From Malacoraja senta (lineage: Eukaryota): a DNA stretch of 64,000 bases. Every line of letters begins with the position of its first letter. Position 1 is the first letter of the stretch. A model generated the notes under the pieces. That model saw only the letters and a program-made list of their open reading frames with translations, made no database searches and was not told where the DNA came from. Below are positions 35,917-48,688 of this stretch, piece after piece. The stretch spans positions 434,001 to 498,000 of the forward strand of contig CM076002.1 in NCBI GenBank assembly GCA_038087875.1, read 5' to 3'. The translations under genes and the position numbers were made by a program.

Positions 35917-36821
35917 TTGCAGATTCTAAGAAGGCCATATCTTGGAAAAGGATTATCAGACCGTACGGTGGATGTTATAACAACAGCCTGGAGGAATAGT
36001 ACCCAGAAGCAGTACATCTCCTATATAAAGAAATGGGAGGAGTTTTGTTCAGGGAAACATATTGCATATAACACAGCAGAAATTTCAGATGTAATAGAGT
36101 TCCTTTCTACTCTATACTATGAATTAAAATTAAATTATAGTGCAATTAATACTGCACGAAGTGCACTCTCTGCATATTTAAGCAGTGAATCAGAACAAAC
36201 TCCAATAGGAGCACATCCTTGGGTCTGTAGGTTTATGAAAGGAATTTTCAACTCTAATCCTCCCAGACCTAGGTATACAGAAATTTGGAATGTAAAAGAT
36301 ATACTGATGTTGCTAAGGAATTGGAATCCAGTTGAAACTCTGTCATTATCCAAAATCACCATGAAATTGGTTATGCTCATGGCATTAGTTTCAGCTCAGA
36401 GAGTTCAAACATTACAGAAACTCAGAATTGATAGAATGAAAGTAGGGCCAAATGCTGTGACATTCTATGTCTATGATTTACTGAAGCAAGGTAGACCTAG
36501 GTTCACAGGATGCAAGTTGGAATTTTTAGCATATCCTACAGATCCACGACTATGTGTAGTAACATATGTCAACACAAACAATTTCACGATGGTTGAAACA
36601 GGTGTTGAGATATTCAGGTATTGATACTGATAAATTTAAATCTCATTCCACCAGGGCGGCATCAACATCAGCAGCCAGGGATTCAGACAATAGACCTTAT
36701 TCTCGCGGCCGCAGGATGGGCAAGTGAACAGATGTTTCACAAGTATTACCATAAGGAGATTAAAGATCTCAGAGGGTTTGGTGATGCCGTGCTGGATACA
36801 GTATTAAATCCCCCATTATAA
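35917..36821 (+). pseudogene. DIRS tyrosine recombinase (internal deletion and frameshifts)
   Basis: YSAINTARSALS, RPRY..IW, SAQRVQ (catalytic R), alternative-frame FKSHSTRAASTS (HxxR), AAGW..FHKYY. Confidence 0.9.
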
Positions 36822-36988
36822 TAAATGGGCCTAATTTTGTTACTTTTATTAAAATAAATAAAACCATTAACTGATTACATTCAAATATTGTGGTTATGCA
36901 TTGTTGATTGTGCTTACTCAAATAGAGTCAATCGATGCAGTGAACACCTGGATTTGAATCCACGGTGTGAAATCACAGAGCTTTGAAA

Positions 36989-37102
36989 TCTTCACGTAGT
37001 CACTCACGTGACTCCGAAGTAAAATAGTAAGATTAAACGAGAACTTACCAAGTTTGAAGTTTGATCTTTATTTTATGAGGAGTAACGTTGAGGGATTACG
37101 TG
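36989..37102. repeat. DIRS internal complementary region (ICR)
   Basis: 36989-37024 is the reverse complement of the left terminus 32237-32272; 37021-37102 is the reverse complement of the right terminus 37249-37320, apart from one 7-bp unit. Confidence 0.95.
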
Positions 37103-37219
37103 CCCTCCGCTCCCACCCTCATAAAAGGATCAAGCTGGTAGTTCTAAGTCTTTATGCATCTTACTATCATACTTCAGTAATTATCGTCTGTGATTGTCAC
37201 TCCGCTGCTTTGAAAGATT

Positions 37220-37254
37220 GACGCGTGTGCGGCTGGACGGGGCTTCTTCACGTA
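37220..37254. repeat. DIRS right ITR core (partner 32263-32297)
   Basis: GACGCGTGTGCGGCTGGACGGGGCTTCTTCACGTA is the exact reverse complement of 32263-32297. Confidence 0.95.
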
Positions 37255-37526
37255 ATCCCTCAACGTTACTCCTCATAAAATAAAGATCAAACTTGGTAAG
37301 TTCTCGTTTAATCTTACTATTCTCTGCCACAGAAGGTAGTTGAGGCCAGTTCATTGGCTATATTTAAGAGGGAGTTAAATGTGGCCCTTGTGGCTAAAGG
37401 AATCAGGGGGTATGGAGAGAAATCAGGTACAGGGTACTGAGTTGGATGATCAGCCATGATCATATTGAATGGCGGTGCTGGCTCGAAGGGCCGAATGGCC
37501 TTCTCCTGCACCTATTTTCTATGTTT

Positions 37527-39886
37527 TTTTTTTTTTATTTTTTTTTTTTTTTAATTTATTAGAAGTACATTACATTACAACCACATACATTAGTACTCGT
37601 CACATATATCTTCTTACAATTAATGTACTCCGTTTGTTTTTTACACTAATAAAGGGAAAGGATGAGATTGAGAGAAAGAAGAAAGTGAAGGAAAAGGTGA
37701 AAGTGTAAAAACGTGACAACAAGAAAGAACAAAGACCCTATAAGAACGAAATTAAAAACAAAAGAAAAAGAGTTAAGAAATAGACCCTAGAAAAGAAGAA
37801 GAAAGAGAAAGAGGGAAAAGAGAAAAACAAATAGTTTTTGTAAGCATCACGCAAATGGGACATACCAACTCTCCAACTTTCATCCCCCCTTACCTGACCT
37901 CAGTTTTTTTTTTTAAGGTACTTTTGCACCCTATATTTGTAATAATTCTATAAATGCAGACCACGTCAGGTGGAAGTGATCTGGTGTACCTGCCAGGAGG
38001 AGTCTTATCTCTTCTAGGTGTAATGTTTCGAACATATTTGAAATCCACATGTTTATAGTTGGTATTGGAGCCTTTTTCCAACATTTTAGGATTAGCTTTT
38101 TTCCAGTTATTAACCCATAGTCTATTAGTTTCTTTTGGAACACATTTAGCTCTGGACCATATTCCGTTATTCCGAAGATAATCCATTCTGCTTTGGGTAT
38201 CAGTTTTATTTTAAATAATTTTGTAAAGATTTCAAAAATTTCAATCCAAACTTTTTGAATCTTTGTACAGAAAACAAATGAGTGCGCTATAGTAGCTTCT
38301 TGAGATTGACATTTATCACAAATGGATGATACATTTGGGAAAATTTTATGGATTTTAGTTTTGGAATAATATAATCTATGTAAAATTTTAAATTGTATTC
38401 AAGTGTGTCTTACATTAATCGAACATTTATGCACGTTTAATAAGTGCTCATTCCACCTTTCCTTTGAAATTTTAATAGCTAATTCTTGTTCCCAGTCTCT
38501 TCTGATACCCTCCGTAGATGGTATTTCTACATTTAAAATAATATTATACAAATATGATATTAAGTTTGCTGATTCAGCTTTTATCTGCATTGCATCATCC
38601 AGTACATCTGCTGGGCTATTATAATGATCTTTTGTATATTTTTTCAAATAGTCGCATATTTGAAAATATTTAAAATATTGATTATTTCCGAGTTTATATT
38701 TTATTTGTAATTGTTGAAATGAAAGTAATTTTCCAGTTTCATACAAGTCACCGAACGTTTTAATTCCTAGTCTATCCCAGTGTGTGAAAGATTTATCTAT
38801 AATAGAGGGATTAAACAAAGGGTTATTAACTATGGGAGATAAAAGTGATAAATTTCTTAATTTTAAATTTTGTTTTATTTGTTTCCAAATTCGGATTGTG
38901 CTATGGATAATTGGGTTCTTATTATAATTTATATTATTCAGTTTCATTGGTGAGAGGAGGATCGCTCCAATGTTCCCAGAGGAGCAATCCTCTCTCTCCA
39001 TTACAATCCAGTCCACTTGCTGGGCAGAGTTGTCCATCAGTTGAATCATATTTTTAATATTTACTGACCAATAATAATACATGAAATTAGGTAGTGCTAA
39101 ACCCCCTAATACTTTAGGTTTATTCAAGTGAGTTTTTTGTATTCTATGTGATTTATAGTCCCATATAAAATTAGTGATATCTGAGTCCAATTTTTTTTAA
39201 ACTTCTTTGGTAAGTATATAGGAATCGATTGAAATAGGTATAAAATTTGTGGTAGAAAGATCATTTTTATTGCATTTGTTCGGCCTGTTAAAGACATCGG
39301 GAGCGTTTTCCAAAATGTAATTAGTGTGTTTAATTTATTAAGTAGAGGATCAAAATTTGCTTTAAACATACCTTGATATGTTCTAGTAATTTCGATTCCC
39401 AAGTATTTAAATTTTTCTGTAGGTATTTTAAAAGGGAATTTTAAAAGATGTGTTGAGTCTTTTGGTTTTATTGACATAATTTCACTTTTATTCCAATTTA
39501 TTCTGTATCCAGAAAAGGATCCAAAGTCTTCAATTAAATTTAATATATTTGGTATAGTGATTTGAGGTTTTGTAATGTACAGTAATATATCATCCGCGTA
39601 TCAAGATATTTTATTATATGAATCTTTAGTATTATACCCATGGATATCAGGATGTATTCTAATTTTTTCTGCTAGCGGTTCAATAATAAGAGCAAACAAC
39701 TGTGGTGATAATGAGCATCCTTGTCTATTTCCCCTTGATAGTTGGAATTTCGAGGATAATATGTTATAAGTTAATATTCTAGCTGTAGGTTTATTATATA
39801 ATAATTTAATCCATAGAATAAAATTCTCTCCCAGTTGGAATTTTTGTAATACTTTATCCATATAATTCCATTCTACTTGGTCAAAC
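37527..39886 (-). mobile_element. 5'-truncated L1-clade LINE inserted in a CR1 tail
   Basis: RGNRQGCSLSP, YADD, KYLGI, CDKC; poly-T at 37527-37555; 13-bp TSD ATTTTCTATGTTT at 37514-37526 and 39887-39899; same subfamily as 55410-60490. Confidence 0.95.
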
Positions 39887-39924
39887 ATTTTCTATGTTTC
39901 TATGTTTCAATATGTTTCAATATA

Positions 39925-42605
39925 CGTACTATTGAAAAGACAGACAGGGTGAGGTAGCTCTGTAAGTGAGGAATGATATTCAGTCCCTTGCGAGGGGTGA
40001 CATAGAATCAGGAGATGCAGTCAGTATGGATAGAACTGAGTAATTGTAAGGGTAAAAATACCCACATGGGTGTTATCTACAGCCCCCAAACAGTAGCCTG
40101 GATATAGGGTGCGTTGAATCAAGGTAGCAAAGGTAATGCTACGGTGGTTATTGGAAATTTCAACATGCAGGTAGACTGGGAAAATCGGGTTGGTACTGGA
40201 CCCCAAGGAAGGGAGTTTGGGGAGTGCATCCGAGATGGATTCTTGGCACAGCTCGTACTGGAGCCTACCAGGGAGAAGGCAATTCTGGATTTAGTGTTGT
40301 GTAATGAACCAGATTTGATAAGAAAATTCAAGGTAAAGGAGCCATTAGGAAGTAGTGACCAAAATATGATGTATTAATCTATAATTTGAGAGGGAGAAGG
40401 GAAAATCGGAAATGTCAGTATTACAGGTGAGCAAAGGGGACTATGGAGGCATGAGGGAGGAGCTGGCTAAAGTTGACTGGAAAGAGACCCTAGCAGGAAT
40501 GACAGTGGAACAACAATGGCAGGTATTTCTGGGAACAATACAGAAGGTGCAGGATCAGTTCATTCCAACGAGGAAGAAAGATTCTGAGGGGAGTAAGAGG
40601 CTACCATGGCTGATAAGGGAAGTCAAGGACAGTGAAATAAAAGAGAAGTATAATATGGGAATGATGAGCGGATAACCAGAGGATTGGGTAACTTTTAAAG
40701 AGCAACAGAAGATAACTAAAAAGGCAATACGGGGAGAAAAGCTGAGGTATGAAGGTAAGCTAGCCAAGAATATAAAGGAGGATAGTAAAAGCTTCTTTAA
40801 GTAGGCGAAGAGAAAAAAAATAGTTCAGGCAAATGTGGGTCCCTTGACAGAAATAGGTGAATTTATTATGGGGAGAACAAAGAAATGGCAGACGAGTTGA
40901 ACAGGTACTTTGGATCTGTCTTCACTAAGGGAGACACAATCTCCCAGATGTACTAGTGGTCAGAGGACATAAGGAGACGGTGGAAATGAAGGAAATTAAC
41001 ATTAGGCAGGAAATGGTGTTGGGTGGAATGATGGGACTGAAGCCTGATAAATCCCCAGGGCCTCATGGTCTGCATTCCAGGGTACTTAAAGAAGTGGCTT
41101 TTGAAATCGTGGATGCATTGGTGATCATTTTTCAATGTTCTATAGATTCAGGATCAGTTCCAGTAGATTGGATGGTAGCTAATGTTATCCCACTTTTTAA
41201 GAAAGGAAGGAGAGAGAAAACAGGGAATTGTAGACCAGTTAGCCTGACATCAGTGGTGGGGAAGATGCTGGAGTTAATTATAAAAGATGAAATAGCCGCA
41301 CATTTGGATAGCAGTAACAGGATCGGTCCGAGTCAGCATGGATTTACGAAGGGGAAATCATGCTTGACTAATCTTCTGGAACTTTTTGAGGATGTAACTA
41401 GGAAAATGGACAACGGAGAGCCAGTGGATGAAGTGTACCTGGACTTTCAGAAAGCCTTTCAAAAGGTTCCACATAGGTGATTAGTGGGCAAAATTAGAGC
41501 ACATGGTATTAGGGGCAGGGTACTGACATAGATAGAAAATTGGTTGGCAGACAGGAAATAAAGAATAGGGATTAATGGGTCCCTTTCAGAATGGCAGGCA
41601 GTGACCACAAGGCTCGGTGCTGGGACTGCATCTATTTACAATATACATCACTGATTTAGATGAAAGGATTCAAAGTAACATTAGCAAATTTGCAGATGAC
41701 ACAAAGCTGGGTGGCAGTGTGAACTGTGAGGAGGATGCTATGAGGATGCAGGGTTACTTGGACAAGTTAGGTGAGTGGGCAGATGCATGGCAAATGCAGT
41801 TTAATGTGGATAAATGTGAGGTTATCCACTTTGGTGACAAGAACAGGAAGGCAGATTATTATCTGAATGGTGTAAACTTAGAAAAAGGGGAAGTACAACG
41901 AGATCTGGGTGTCCTTGTTCAGCAGTCACTGAAAGTAAGAATGCAGGTGCAACAGGCAGTGAAGAAAGCTAATAAGTTGGCCTTCATAAAAGTTGGCCTT
42001 CATAACAAGAGGAGTTGAGTATAGGAGCAAAGAGGTCCTTCCACAGTTGTACAGGGCCCTAGTGAAACCACACCTGGAGTGTTGGTCTCCAAATTTGTGG
42101 AAGGACATTCTTGCAATTGAGGGAGTGCAGCGTAGGTTAATTCCCGGGATGGTGGGACTGTCATATGTTGAAAGAATGGAGCGACTGAGTTTGTATACAC
42201 TGGAATTTAGAAGGATGAGAAGGCATCTTTTTGAATCGTATAAGATTATTAAGGGATTGGACACACTGGAGGCAGGAACATGTTCCCGATGGTGGGGGAG
42301 TCCAGAACCAGGGGCCACAGTTTAAGAATAAGGTGAAGGCCATTTAGAATGGAGATGAGGAAAAACCTTTTCACCCAGAGAGTTGTGAATCTGTGGAACA
42401 CTCTACCTCAGAAGGCAGTGGAGGCCAATTCTCTGGATGCTTTCAAGAAAGAGTTAGATAGAACTCTTAAAGATAGCGGAGTCAAGGGATATGGGAAGAT
42501 GGCAGGAAAGGGGTACCGATTGTGGATGATCAGCCATGTTCACAGTGATTGGCAGCGCTGGCTCGAAGGGCCGAATGGCCTACTCCTGCACCTATTGTCT
42601 ATTGT
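39925..42605 (+). mobile_element. CR1 ORF2 (endonuclease to RT) and CTATTGT tail, degraded
   Basis: ORFs 40114-40377, 40956-41480 and 41617-42018 (FADDTK); tail at 42592-42605. Confidence 0.93.
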
Positions 42606-43165
42606 TAACCAAACTTCAGTGATTGGTAAGATTTAAGAGTCCATTACAAAAAGATAAGGTTTCTGCGTACATATCAGCACAGAATAAAATAGGCCGATGT
42701 CAACATGATTTTGTGAAAGGGAGATCTTGCCTGACTAACCTTTTGGAATTTGCTGAGGAAATAAATAGCAGGATAGACAAAGAAGAGTCGTTGGATGTGG
42801 TTTACCTGGATTTTCAGAAAGCCTTTGATAAGTTGCCTGACGTGAGACTGCAAAAGAGCATGAGGGCCTACGGTATCAGAGGGAAGATACTAGCCTGGAT
42901 AGCAGGTTGGCTGGGTGGCAGACGGCAAAGATTGGCAATAAAGAATTACTTTTCTGGTTGGCTGTCAGTGACTAGCAGTGTTTCCCAGGGCTCGGTGCTG
43001 GGACCGTTACTCTTCAAGTTGCATATCAATGATTTGGATGAGGGAATTGAAGGCTTTGTGGCCAAGTTTACAGATGATGCAAAGATAAGTGGAGGGGCAA
43101 ATAGTGTAGAGAAAGCAGGTACTCTGCAGAAGAATTTGGATAGGTTGGGTGAGTGGATGAAGTCA
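42606..43165 (+). mobile_element. Older CR1 RT fragment
   Basis: ORF 42623-43183: [25 protein letters not shown]. Confidence 0.88.
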
Positions 43166-43171
43166 ATAGAT

Positions 43172-44549
43172 GATAGACAATAGACAATAGGTGCAGGAAT
43201 AGGCCATTCGGCCCTTCGAGCCAGCACCGCCATTCAATGTGATCATGGCTGATCATCCCCAATCAGTACCCCGTTCCTGCCTTCTCCCCATATCCCCTGA
43301 CTCCGCTATTTTTAAGAGCCCTATCTAGCTCTTTCTTGAAAGCATCCAGAGAACCCGCCTCTACCGCCCTCTGAGGCAGAGAATTCCACAGACTCACCAT
43401 TCTCTGTGAGAAAAAGTATTTCCTCATCTCCGTTCTAAATGGCTTACTCCTTATTCTTAAACTGTGGCCCCTGGTTCTGGACTCCCCCAACATCGGGAAC
43501 ATGTTTCCTGCCTCTAGCATGTCCAAACCCTTAACAATCTTATATGTTTCAATGAGTTTCCCTCTCATCCTTCTGAACTCCAGAGTGTACAAGCCCAGCT
43601 GCTCCATTCTCTCAGCATATGATAGTCCCGCCATCCCGGGAATTGACTTTGTAAACCTACTCTGCACTCCCTCAATAACAAGAATGTCCTTCCTCAAATT
43701 AGTGGACCAAAACTGCAGGCAATACTCCAGGTATGGTCTCACTAGGGCTCTGTACAACTGTAGAAGGACCCCTTTGCTCCTATATTCGATTCCTCTTGTT
43801 ATAAAGGCCAACATACCATTCGCTTTCTTCACTGCCTGCTGTACCTGCATGCATACTTTCATAGACTGATGTACAAGGACCCCCAGATCCCGTTGTACTT
43901 CCCCTTTTCCCAACTTGATGCCATTTGGATAGTAATCTGCCTTCCTGTTTTTGCTACCAAAGTGGATAACCTCACATTTATCCGCATTAATCTTCATCTG
44001 CCATGCATCGGCCCACTCCCCCAAGCTGTCCAAGTCACCCTGCATTCTCCTAGCATCCTCCTCACAGTTCACACTGCCATCCAGCTTTGTGTCATCCGAA
44101 AATTTACTAATGTTACTTTGAATCACTTCATCCAAATCATTGATGTATATTGTAAATAGCAGCGGTCCCAGCACCAAGCCTTGCGGTACCCCACTAGTCA
44201 CTGCCTGCCATTCTGAACGGGACCCGTTAATCCCTACTCCTTGTTTCCTGTCTGCCAACCACTTCTCTATCCATGTCAGCACTCTACCCCCAATAGCATG
44301 TGCCCTAATTTTGCCCACTAATCTCCTTTGTGGGACCTTATCAAATGCTTTCTGAAAGTCCAGGTTCACTACATCCACTGGCTCTCCCTTGTCCATTTTC
44401 CTAGTTACATCTTCAAAAAATTCCAGATTAGTCAAGCATGATTTCCCCTTCGTAAATCCATGCTGACTCGGACCGATCCTGTTACTGCTATCCAAATGTT
44501 CGGCTATCTCATCTTTTATAATTGACTCCAGCATCTTCCCCACCACCGA
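43172..44549 (-). mobile_element. 5'-truncated CR1 with an open RT frame
   Basis: ORF 43263-44570 (435 aa; FSDDTK); (CTATTGT)n tail. Confidence 0.95.
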
Positions 44550-44594
44550 TTCCCCACCACTGAAGTCCAACTCTCACCAAAGCCCACACCTTCA

Positions 44595-46490
44595 CCTCAG
44601 CAGCATCACTTTGATCTCACAATCACCCCGAACACGGCAGCTTCCACTCTACCTGGCCCTCCTTCTATACCTCCGTCGTGGCAATCCCACAGCTGCTGCC
44701 GGTCCCCGTCCCCTCTCTTGGCCTTACCTCTCACAAAAGTTGTGTCTGTGGCTCCGATCAAACAATCTCACCGCTCACACTGCCAGAAATAACATTGGAA
44801 GGTGAGTGAACTGAACACCAGAGACAGCACTGAGTAAGTGTAACGCAGACCAATAGACAGCAAAACGCACAGTGACTGATTACAAGCTCCTTCCTTCAGT
44901 GTCCCGGACAGGTGAGTGGCTGCTTCAGGTTGTCAGTTTGACCTGCCCAGATTGTGCCTTGTTTTCCCGTGAGCTTCAGTGTTTTCAGTTTCACCCCAAC
45001 CACATCCTTGGCTTTTCAAAGAAACCATGTGACTGTACGGGCTTTTAGATTTGTGTAACAAGGAGATGATTGGTATTATTTTCATGATCATTGGAGGCTG
45101 AAGGATGACATAGAAACATAGAAAATAGGTGCAGGAGGAGGCCGTTCGGCCCTTTGAGCCAGCACCGCCATTCATTGTGATCATGGCTGATCATCCCCTA
45201 TCAATAACCGGTGCCTGCCTTCTCCCCATATCCCTTGATTCCACTAGCCCCTAGAGCTCTATCTAACTCTCTCTTAAATCCATCCAGTGACTTGGCCTCC
45301 ACTGCCCTCTGTGGCAGGGAATTCCACAAATTCACAACTCTCTGGGTGAGAACGTTTTTTCTTAAATGGCCTCCCCTTTATTCTAAGACTGTGGCCCCTG
45401 GTTCTGGACTCACCCAACATTGGGAACTTTTTTCCTGCATCTTGCTTGTCCAGACCTTTTATAATTTTATACGTTTCTATAAGATCCTCCTCATCCTTCT
45501 AAACTCCAGTGAATACAAGCCTAGTCTTTTCAATCTTTCCTCATATGACAGTCCCGCCATCCCTTTACAGAAGTTAATAAACCTTGAAAAAACAGTGTTT
45601 TCCCAGGTATTGGGGAGTTTAAAACTAGAGGGCACAGAGTTTAACTAAAGAGGGGAAAGATTTAAAGGGGTAACATTTTCACGCAGCTTTTCAATGTTTA
45701 AATATCTATACAGCATCGAAACAGGCCCTTCAGCTTAAATCGTCCATGCAGACCAAGTTTCCCCTGAATAAGGGGATTAATAAAGTCTAATTCAATTCAA
45801 GTTACAATCTAAGTCGTCCCTGAAGCCCGTGCCTGGTCCATGTCTCTCCAAACTTTCCTATCAATGTACCTGTCTAAATATCTTTAAACTTTGTTATTTT
45901 ACCTGCCTCCACTAGCTTCTCTGACAGGTAAAGTGACAATGTTTAAAAATATTTGGACAGGTAAATAGATAAGAAAAGTTTGGAGGGACAGGGACCAAGT
46001 TGCTAACTCAGTAACTTGGTCAGCATGGACGAGTTGTGTGAAGGGCTGTTTTGATGCTGTTTAGCTCTATGATTCTAACAGTCACATGGCTTCGATGAAA
46101 AGCAAAGGATGTGGTTGTGGTCGGGTGGAACTGAAGGCACTGAAGCTCTCAGTAAAACTAAGGCATAATCTGGGCAGAGGTCACACTGAGAACTTGAAGG
46201 AGCCACTCACTATAACAGTATTTAAAAGACATTTAGACAGGTACATTGATAGCAAAGGTTTAGAGGGACATGGGTCAAACGTGAGAAAATGGGACTAGCT
46301 TAGATGGTCAGTATGTTGGTCGGTATGGACATATTGGGCTGAAGGGTCTGTTATTGTGCTGTATGACTCTAAACAGGCCCTTTGGCCCACCATGTCCATA
46401 CATCTTTACCCATATGCACTAATCCATTTGCCTGCATTAGATCTGTATCCTTACATGCATTTCATTGCAGAATCACGAGCAGGACCATTA
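44595..46490. repeat. Contiguous A+B copy of the segmental duplication
   Basis: A (13912-14887) is joined directly to B (10915-11420) at gattctaacagtca|catggcttcgatgaaaagc. Confidence 0.88.
45109..45563 (-). mobile_element. CR1 3'-end insertion specific to this duplicate
   Basis: (CTATGTTT)n tail; the empty site gaagggtga^ctttacagaag is present at about 14432. Confidence 0.9.
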
Positions 46491-46915
46491 ACAATACGAT
46501 ACAATAAAACTTTATTCATCCCCGGAGGGAAATTGGTCTGCCAACAGTCACAACACACAAGGTACACAAACCTTGAAATTAAAAGTGAAAACAAAAAGAA
46601 AAAGACAAGTGACTGATGTCTGGCCGCCGTGTGCACAGCGCCTTCACCGGAACAGATGAACAAATGAATGCAGACTTATCCCCTGGGCAGAGGATTCTAA
46701 AGCTAGAGTGCCCCCCCCGCCACATTGGGTCTTCCTTTGTTCTCCCACCGTTCCTCACGGCAGTCCCCCCACACTGGGCTCTCATTTGTCTTCCTCTCCC
46801 CCTCGCCTCACGCTCCGCCGAGGCTCCCGCTGCTGCCGCTACCGAGGTTCCCATCACCGCTGAGTCTCCTTCTGCACAGACAGGCCTTGCCTCCTGGCCT
46901 CCCTGGGAAGCCTTA
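46490..46915 (-). mobile_element. Short retroposon with a Rex1/Babar-type 3' tail
   Basis: Reverse complement ends in aatttccctccggggatgaataaagt plus a short (TATYG)-like repeat; absent from block B at about 11421. Confidence 0.5.
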
Positions 46916-47365
46916 AAATGTTAATCTCTGCATTGCTACTGTGACTGTCACATGCTCCTCAATATCTATATAATTAAAAGTCTCATCTTGACCACTTTGT
47001 GTCTGCGCTGTATATTGATTTAAGAAAAAACGCTACCATATATCGCTAGAATTTTTGGCCATCTTACTCACAGTCCTCCTCCGCTGAGCAGGCCCCGAGG
47101 AATTTTCCCATCGATGAAAAAAAGTTATGAGTGTTTAAAAAACCTTGAGATCCTCTCGCCTGTCAATCACTGCAGTGAAGGTAAATCCCTTTCCGGGGGG
47201 GCAGGATTATAAAACCCCGGATGCCTGTACGTGACTCAGTCACTCTGCAAGATCGCTAGGGAGAGGCCACGACTCTCATTTAAAGCTGTGAATCAACTGA
47301 ACTGTGAATCTGCAATTTACTTGCAATAAATTATTTGTTTGCCCTTAATGAAAATGAAATGAGTT

Positions 47366-47812
47366 GTTTGGCCTGCCCTGTGCTAGAAACTGCAATGGCA
47401 AAGGAAATGAAATGAAAATGCAATCAGCTGTTTGGCCTGCCCTGTGCTTGAAACTTCAATTGCAATGAAAATTAAATGATAATGCAATGAGCTGTTTGGC
47501 CTCCCTATGCTTGAAACTGCAATGGCAAAGGAAGTGAAATGAAAATGAAATCAGCTGTTTGGCCCGCCCTGTGCTTGAAACTGTAATGGCAATGGAAGTG
47601 AAATGAAAAAGCAATCAGCTGTTTAGCCTGCCCTGTGCGTGAAACTGCAATGGCAATGGAAGTGAAATGAAAATGCAATCAGCTGTTTGGCCTGCCCAGT
47701 GCTTGAAACTGCAATGGCAATGGAAGTGAAATGAAAATGCAATCAGCTGTTTGGCCTGCCCTGTGCTTGAAATTGAAATGGAAATTAATTGAAATGAGTT
47801 GTTTGGCCTGCC
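47366..47812. repeat. 64-bp tandem repeat, about 7 copies
   Basis: Unit gtttggcctgccctgtgcttgaaactgcaatggcaatggaagtgaaatgaaaatgcaatcagct. Confidence 0.95.
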
Positions 47813-48239
47813 TGAAACCACAAGGCCCCTTTTAGCTGAGAAACCAGTCCCTTTTGCCCCAAATACCCGTATTAGCCCAGGAGGAGCATTTTGGCCCAAA
47901 GGCCCGTGCCAGGCCTGGACATGTCCAGTAAAAGTGCCTTTCACTGAGATTTCACTCTTTTTTTTTTAAAGAGCCCCTTCGGCCCATCAGGCCTGTATTA
48001 GCGCAGGAGGAATCCGTTCGGCCATCAGTAAGTATTCCCCCTGCAAGTATTAAACCTCACCCCAGGATTTTTCTCCCTCCCTTCATTGGCTCCCTATGAG
48101 ATTCAGGCTAGGATGGACTTTCCTCCTTCATTGCTGTGATCTGCAGAAAAAGATGAAAAATGTCTAAAATTGATGCTCCCCCCCCCCCCCTTCTCTCTCA
48201 CAGAGTCTCTCACCTTTTTATGCAGAATTTCTGGCAGTT

Positions 48240-48497
48240 ACTGAGCTGCCAGCCCACCAAGCCTGAGTGACTGAGCTGCCAGCCCCACCTGGCCTGAGTG
48301 ACTGAGCTGTCAGCCCACCAGGCCTGAGTGACTGAGCTGCCAGCCCACCAGGCCTGAGTGACTGAGCTGCCAGCCCACCAGGCCTGAGTGACTGAGCTGC
48401 CAGCCCACCAGGCCTGAGTGACTGAGCTGCCAACCCACCAGGCCAGAATGACTGAGCTGCCAGCCCACCAGGCCTGAGTGACTGAGCTGCCAACCCA
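48240..48497. repeat. 30-bp tandem repeat, about 8.5 copies
   Basis: Unit gactgagctgccagcccaccaggcctgagt. Confidence 0.95.
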
Positions 48498-48688
48498 AGA
48501 ATCCATTCGGCCCACAATGTCCTTAATAGCCCTCTGGAAACCAGTCCTTTCGGCTCACAACACACATACTAGCATTCCAGAAAGCCCCCCCCCCCCACCC
48601 CGCCTCACTGGCCACCAATATTGGAATTGTTGGAGAGGTGGAATATTGTGTTGGGGGACCAGCCCTCCCATGTGAACTTAGTCTCGTC

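Larger units (their letters stand above)
32236..37321 (+). mobile_element. DIRS1-group tyrosine-recombinase retrotransposon, structurally complete but disabled
   Basis: Gag-like, RT, RNase H, MT and YR domains in order; 35-bp ITRs; ICR; clean insertion into CR1 at a shared ATT core. Confidence 0.95.
28865..37526 (+). mobile_element. CR1 (third subfamily) ORF2 and tail, hosting a Harbinger MITE and a DIRS element
   Basis: LNARSI, ORF 29252-30121 (MGDFN, SDH), ORF 30983-32089 (FADDTK); ctggaat^tctctgcc is split by the DIRS; the tail is split by an L1 and resumes at 39887. Confidence 0.93.
46965..48686 (+). mobile_element. Probable non-autonomous Helitron carrying minisatellites
   Basis: Begins A|TCTATATAATTAAAA and ends AGTCTCG|T (CTAG variant); no coding capacity; no clear subterminal hairpin. 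Confidence 0.5.

Noticed and set aside
34000..36821. RT, methyltransferase and integrase as a prokaryotic retron, phage or defence system
   Set aside because: Domain order, ITRs and ICR identify a known eukaryotic DIRS retrotransposon
47366..48497. Regular repeats resembling a CRISPR array
   Set aside because: Head-to-tail tandem units with no unique spacers, in a eukaryotic context with no cas genes
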